This document shows, in pieces, positions 61,247 to 64,000 of a DNA stretch of 64,000 nt. The stretch is from Tissierellia bacterium (GTDB taxonomy: Bacteria; Bacillota; Clostridia; Tissierellales; Tissierellaceae). Below the pieces are notes generated by a model. That model had not been told where the DNA came from, searched no databases, and saw only the letters and a program-made list of their open reading frames with translations. The DNA lies in the NCBI GenBank assembly GCA_012520755.1, contig JAAYNS010000084.1, forward strand, positions 3,808-67,807, given 5' to 3'. Each line of letters starts with the position of its first letter. Position 1 is the first letter of the stretch. Position numbers and translations under genes: made by a program.

Positions 61247-61328
61247 GAATGGAAAGAATGAGGAAAGTCGAATATTGGAAAACCAGGACTAAAGTCCCAA
61301 AAATATATAAAGTTTTCACTAAAGTGTA

Positions 61329-61357
61329 GAAGGAATTATGAATTTGGTATAGAATAT
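61329..61357 (+). promoter_or_regulatory. sigmaH-type promoter of the dcw cluster
   Basis: GAAGGAATT...TAGAATAT (AGGA-17-GAAT). Confidence 0.55.
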
Positions 61358-61364
61358 AATAAAT

Positions 61365-61390
61365 GTGGAGTGAAGTGGTGGAAAGTGGTT
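61365..61390 (+). promoter_or_regulatory. MraZ binding repeats
   Basis: GTGG at 61365, 61375 and 61385 (10-bp period) directly upstream of mraZ. Confidence 0.85.
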
Positions 61391-61418
61391 AGGTTTTATA
61401 AAAAAGGTGGAGACTAGT

Positions 61419-61850
61419 ATGTTCATTGGAGAACACCAACATTCAATTGATGATAAAGGTAGATTAATAATTCCATCTAAATTCAGAGAAGACTTAGGTT
61501 ATGAGTTTATTATGACCAAAGGTCTAGATAATTGCCTTTTTGTATATCCAAAAAGTGAATGGCAAATGGTTGAAGAGAAACTAAAGACACTACCACTTAC
61601 AAACAGAGATGCAAGAGCCTTTATAAGATTCTTTTTTGCTGGAGCATCAGAATGTACATTGGACAAGCAAGGAAGGGTTTTAGTGCCTGCAAATTTAAGA
61701 GAACACTCGAAATTAGAAAAAGAAGCTGTAATAATAGGAGTATCAACCAGAATGGAAATTTGGAGCAAAGAAGAGTGGGATGCATATAATTCTGATGATA
61801 ATTTAAGTTATGATAGCATTGCGGAAAAAATGGCTGAGCTTGGTATATAG
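61419..61850 (+). CDS. mraZ: Division/cell wall cluster repressor MraZ
   Basis: [29 protein letters not shown]. Confidence 0.98.
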   Translation: MFIGEHQHSIDDKGRLIIPSKFREDLGYEFIMTKGLDNCLFVYPKSEWQMVEEKLKTLPLTNRDARAFIRFFFAGASECTLDKQGRVLVPANLREHSKLEKEAVIIGVSTRMEIWSKEEWDAYNSDDNLSYDSIAEKMAELGI

Positions 61851-61868
61851 AGCGGAGGAGGGTAAATT

Positions 61869-62801
61869 ATGGAGTTTCATCATGTATCAGTTTTACTAAA
61901 TGAAGTAATAAATGGTTTAGATATAAAACCTGATGGAATATATGTAGATGGAACTTTAGGTGGTGGTGGGCATTCCTTCGAAATTGTAAAAAGGCTAAAA
62001 GGTGGAAAACTCATTGGAATAGATCAAGATTTAGAAGCAATTGACAAGGCATCTGAAGTTCTTAAGGATTACGAGGAAAACGTAATTTTAGTTCATGATA
62101 ATTATGAAAATATTAACAGGATATTAAGAAATCTTAATATAGAAAAAGTAGATGGGATATTGCTCGACTTAGGAGTCTCTTCCTATCAACTAGATGAAGA
62201 AAGCAGAGGATTTTCACATAATAAAGATGCTGAACTAGATATGAGAATGGATAGTACAAGCTCTTTTAGTGCTTGGAATGTAGTTAATGAATATAGTAAA
62301 GAAGAATTAGAACAAATAATCTGGAATTATGGTGAAGAAAGATGGGCTAAGAGAATCGCTGAATTCATAGTCACAGAAAGAAAAACAAAATCAATAGACT
62401 CAACTTTTGATTTAGTAGGAGTAATTAAAAAAGCAATACCTAAAGCAGTTAGAATGGAGGGACATCATCCAGCTAAGAGAACTTTTCAAGCTATAAGAAT
62501 AGAAGTTAATAGAGAATTAGAGGTTTTAGGGAATTCAATTTATAAAATGATAGAGGTGTTAAATCCAGGTGGTAGGCTTGCAATAATTACATTTCATTCC
62601 CTTGAGGATAGAATTGTGAAGGAATCATTTAAAGAATTATATAAAGATTGTATTTGTCCGCCTGAGTTTCCTAAGTGTATATGTGATAAAAAAAGAGAAA
62701 TTGAAATAATCACTAGGAAACCTATTAAACCAGGAGAGAAGGAATTAATAGAAAATCCTAGATCCAGATCGGCAAAACTAAGAATTGCAAAAAAACTTTA
62801 G
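61869..62801 (+). CDS. rsmH: 16S rRNA m4C1402 methyltransferase
   Basis: [41 protein letters not shown]. Confidence 0.98.
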   Translation: MEFHHVSVLLNEVINGLDIKPDGIYVDGTLGGGGHSFEIVKRLKGGKLIGIDQDLEAIDKASEVLKDYEENVILVHDNYENINRILRNLNIEKVDGILLDLGVSSYQLDEESRGFSHNKDAELDMRMDSTSSFSAWNVVNEYSKEELEQIIWNYGEERWAKRIAEFIVTERKTKSIDSTFDLVGVIKKAIPKAVRMEGHHPAKRTFQAIRIEVNRELEVLGNSIYKMIEVLNPGGRLAIITFHSLEDRIVKESFKELYKDCICPPEFPKCICDKKREIEIITRKPIKPGEKELIENPRSRSAKLRIAKKL

Positions 62802-62828
62802 GTATAATTACACAAGGAGGAGAATAAA

Positions 62829-63272
62829 TTGGTAGTAGCTAAAGCTGAATATAATTATTATCCTGATTATACAGAAAAGCAAGAGCCTAAAAAAACGGTA
62901 ATAAAGAAAAAGAAAATAAGAACTATTAATAAGAGTATGTATATAGCTATTGCAATTATTGTTTTAGTATCCAATTTATTGATTTTATATAGATATGCCA
63001 GAATAACAGAAGCAAATATGGAGATCTCCAGATTAGAAACTCGAATAATTGAACTTAAACAGACAAGACAAGATTTAGAAGGGAAGTTAGAAGGAGTCAA
63101 AAGTTCAACTATGATAAGTGATGAAGCGAAAAATAATCTTGGGATGATGTATCCAAAGGAAGACCAAATCGTATATGTTGCTGTGGATAATAATCCTGAT
63201 ATTGGAATTGCTAGCATAAGTTTTTCTGAGAAGCTAAAGAATATAGTAAGCAATTTTTCTAGCTTGTTCTAA
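62829..63272 (+). CDS. ftsL: Cell division protein FtsL-like
   Basis: Single TM plus coiled coil, A...LGM; between rsmH and a PBP gene; TTG start. Confidence 0.85.
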   Translation: MVVAKAEYNYYPDYTEKQEPKKTVIKKKKIRTINKSMYIAIAIIVLVSNLLILYRYARITEANMEISRLETRIIELKQTRQDLEGKLEGVKSSTMISDEAKNNLGMMYPKEDQIVYVAVDNNPDIGIASISFSEKLKNIVSNFSSLF

Positions 63273-63284
63273 GGGGGGGGAAGC

Positions 63285-64000
63285 TTGCGTACACCTAACA
63301 AATCAATAAAGAATAGACTACGTTTTACACTAGGTGTAGTAATTGCAATAGTGGCATTTTTAACTTGGAGATTATTTTACATACAGGTTTATAATAATGA
63401 TGAATTACAAAAAGGAGCACTGGAGCAATGGACTAAGGGTATTGATATAAAATCTGATAGAGGAATAATATATGACAGGAACGGAAAGAGATTAGCTGTT
63501 AATATACCAGCCTATACTGTCTGGGCGACACCTGCTGAAATAAGTGACCCAGAAGCTGTTGCTAATGAGATTTCTACTTTGCTCCAAATGGAGGAAAATG
63601 AGGTATATGAGAAACTTATAAAAAACGTTAGTACTGAAAAAATTAAACAATGGATTACAAGAGAAGAAGCTCTTGAGCTGAGGGAGTTGTCAATAAGGGG
63701 AATAACTATAGTAGATGACAGTAAGAGGTATTATCCTTATGGTAACTTTGCATCTTATATACTTGGTTTTACAAACATAGATAATAGTGGCCTAGATGGA
63801 ATTGAAAATACATATGACAAGTATTTAGCAGGAATTCCAGGTAAGATAGTGAAGACCACTGATGCTGCTAATAGACAGATGCCATACGATGGAGAAAAGA
63901 TATATGATCCTAAGGCTGGTTTATCGCTGGTGCTAACAATAGATGAAGCAATTCAACATTTTGCAGAAAAAGCTGCAAATCAAGCCTTATTAGATACAAA
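63285..64000 (+). CDS. spoVD: Class B PBP, SpoVD/FtsI-like (3' partial, not in the ORF track)
   Basis: TTG at 63285; MRTPNKSIKNRL, TM, RLFYIQV, RGIIYDRNG, KRYYPYG, GLDGIE, LTID..IQ; runs off the window end. Confidence 0.8.
   Translation, partial: MRTPNKSIKNRLRFTLGVVIAIVAFLTWRLFYIQVYNNDELQKGALEQWTKGIDIKSDRGIIYDRNGKRLAVNIPAYTVWATPAEISDPEAVANEISTLLQMEENEVYEKLIKNVSTEKIKQWITREEALELRELSIRGITIVDDSKRYYPYGNFASYILGFTNIDNSGLDGIENTYDKYLAGIPGKIVKTTDAANRQMPYDGEKIYDPKAGLSLVLTIDEAIQHFAEKAANQALLDT

Noticed and set aside
1-64000. CRISPR array, IS/prophage/integrase, tRNA or rRNA genes
   Set aside because: No regularly spaced repeats, transposase/integrase/phage ORFs or tRNA/rRNA signatures were seen; nearly all sequence is explained by core genes

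Overview
Core-genome window from a low-GC, endospore-forming Firmicute. Type A RNase P RNA, glyQ/glyS, a five-gene spoVA operon and the gene order point to Clostridia/Tissierellia; this is inference and no taxonomic search was run. In order it holds comEC-holA, rpsT, gpr-spoIIP-lepB-lepA-hemW, CIRCE-hrcA-grpE-dnaK-dnaJ-prmA-rsmE-mtaB-HIT, rpsU-yqeY, nfeD-floA, yqfCD-phoH-ybeY-dgkA/PAP2-cdd-era-recO, T-box-glyQS-ccpN-ppsR, dgt-dnaG-sigA-trmK-nif3, rnpB, folD, spoIIA-spoVA, a large class A PBP, hflX-yigZ, a split TauE, yebC, a membrane Mrr-like gene, THF riboswitch-folT, pduL-deoC, an M16 peptidase pair, lgt and the start of the dcw cluster. I found no mobile element, CRISPR array, tRNA, rRNA or defence island, and no large novel multi-gene system is evident. 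The best leads are small-scale: (1) a ccpN gene with an intact HTH but no ATG/GTG/TTG start, giving a likely ATC initiation; (2) a glycine T-box whose terminator may form by refolding Stem III; (3) a 4-TM protein with a catalytically altered Mrr-like domain, coupled to a TIGR01906 gene; (4) a PBP1A with a ~140-aa insertion and tandem Cys/His repeats; (5) a 32-bp Rex-like dyad over the folD promoter; (6) a THF riboswitch hairpin that contains the RBS and is followed by a U tract; (7) small forespore-type genes, one of them missed by the ORF track. All structure and motif calls were made by eye.
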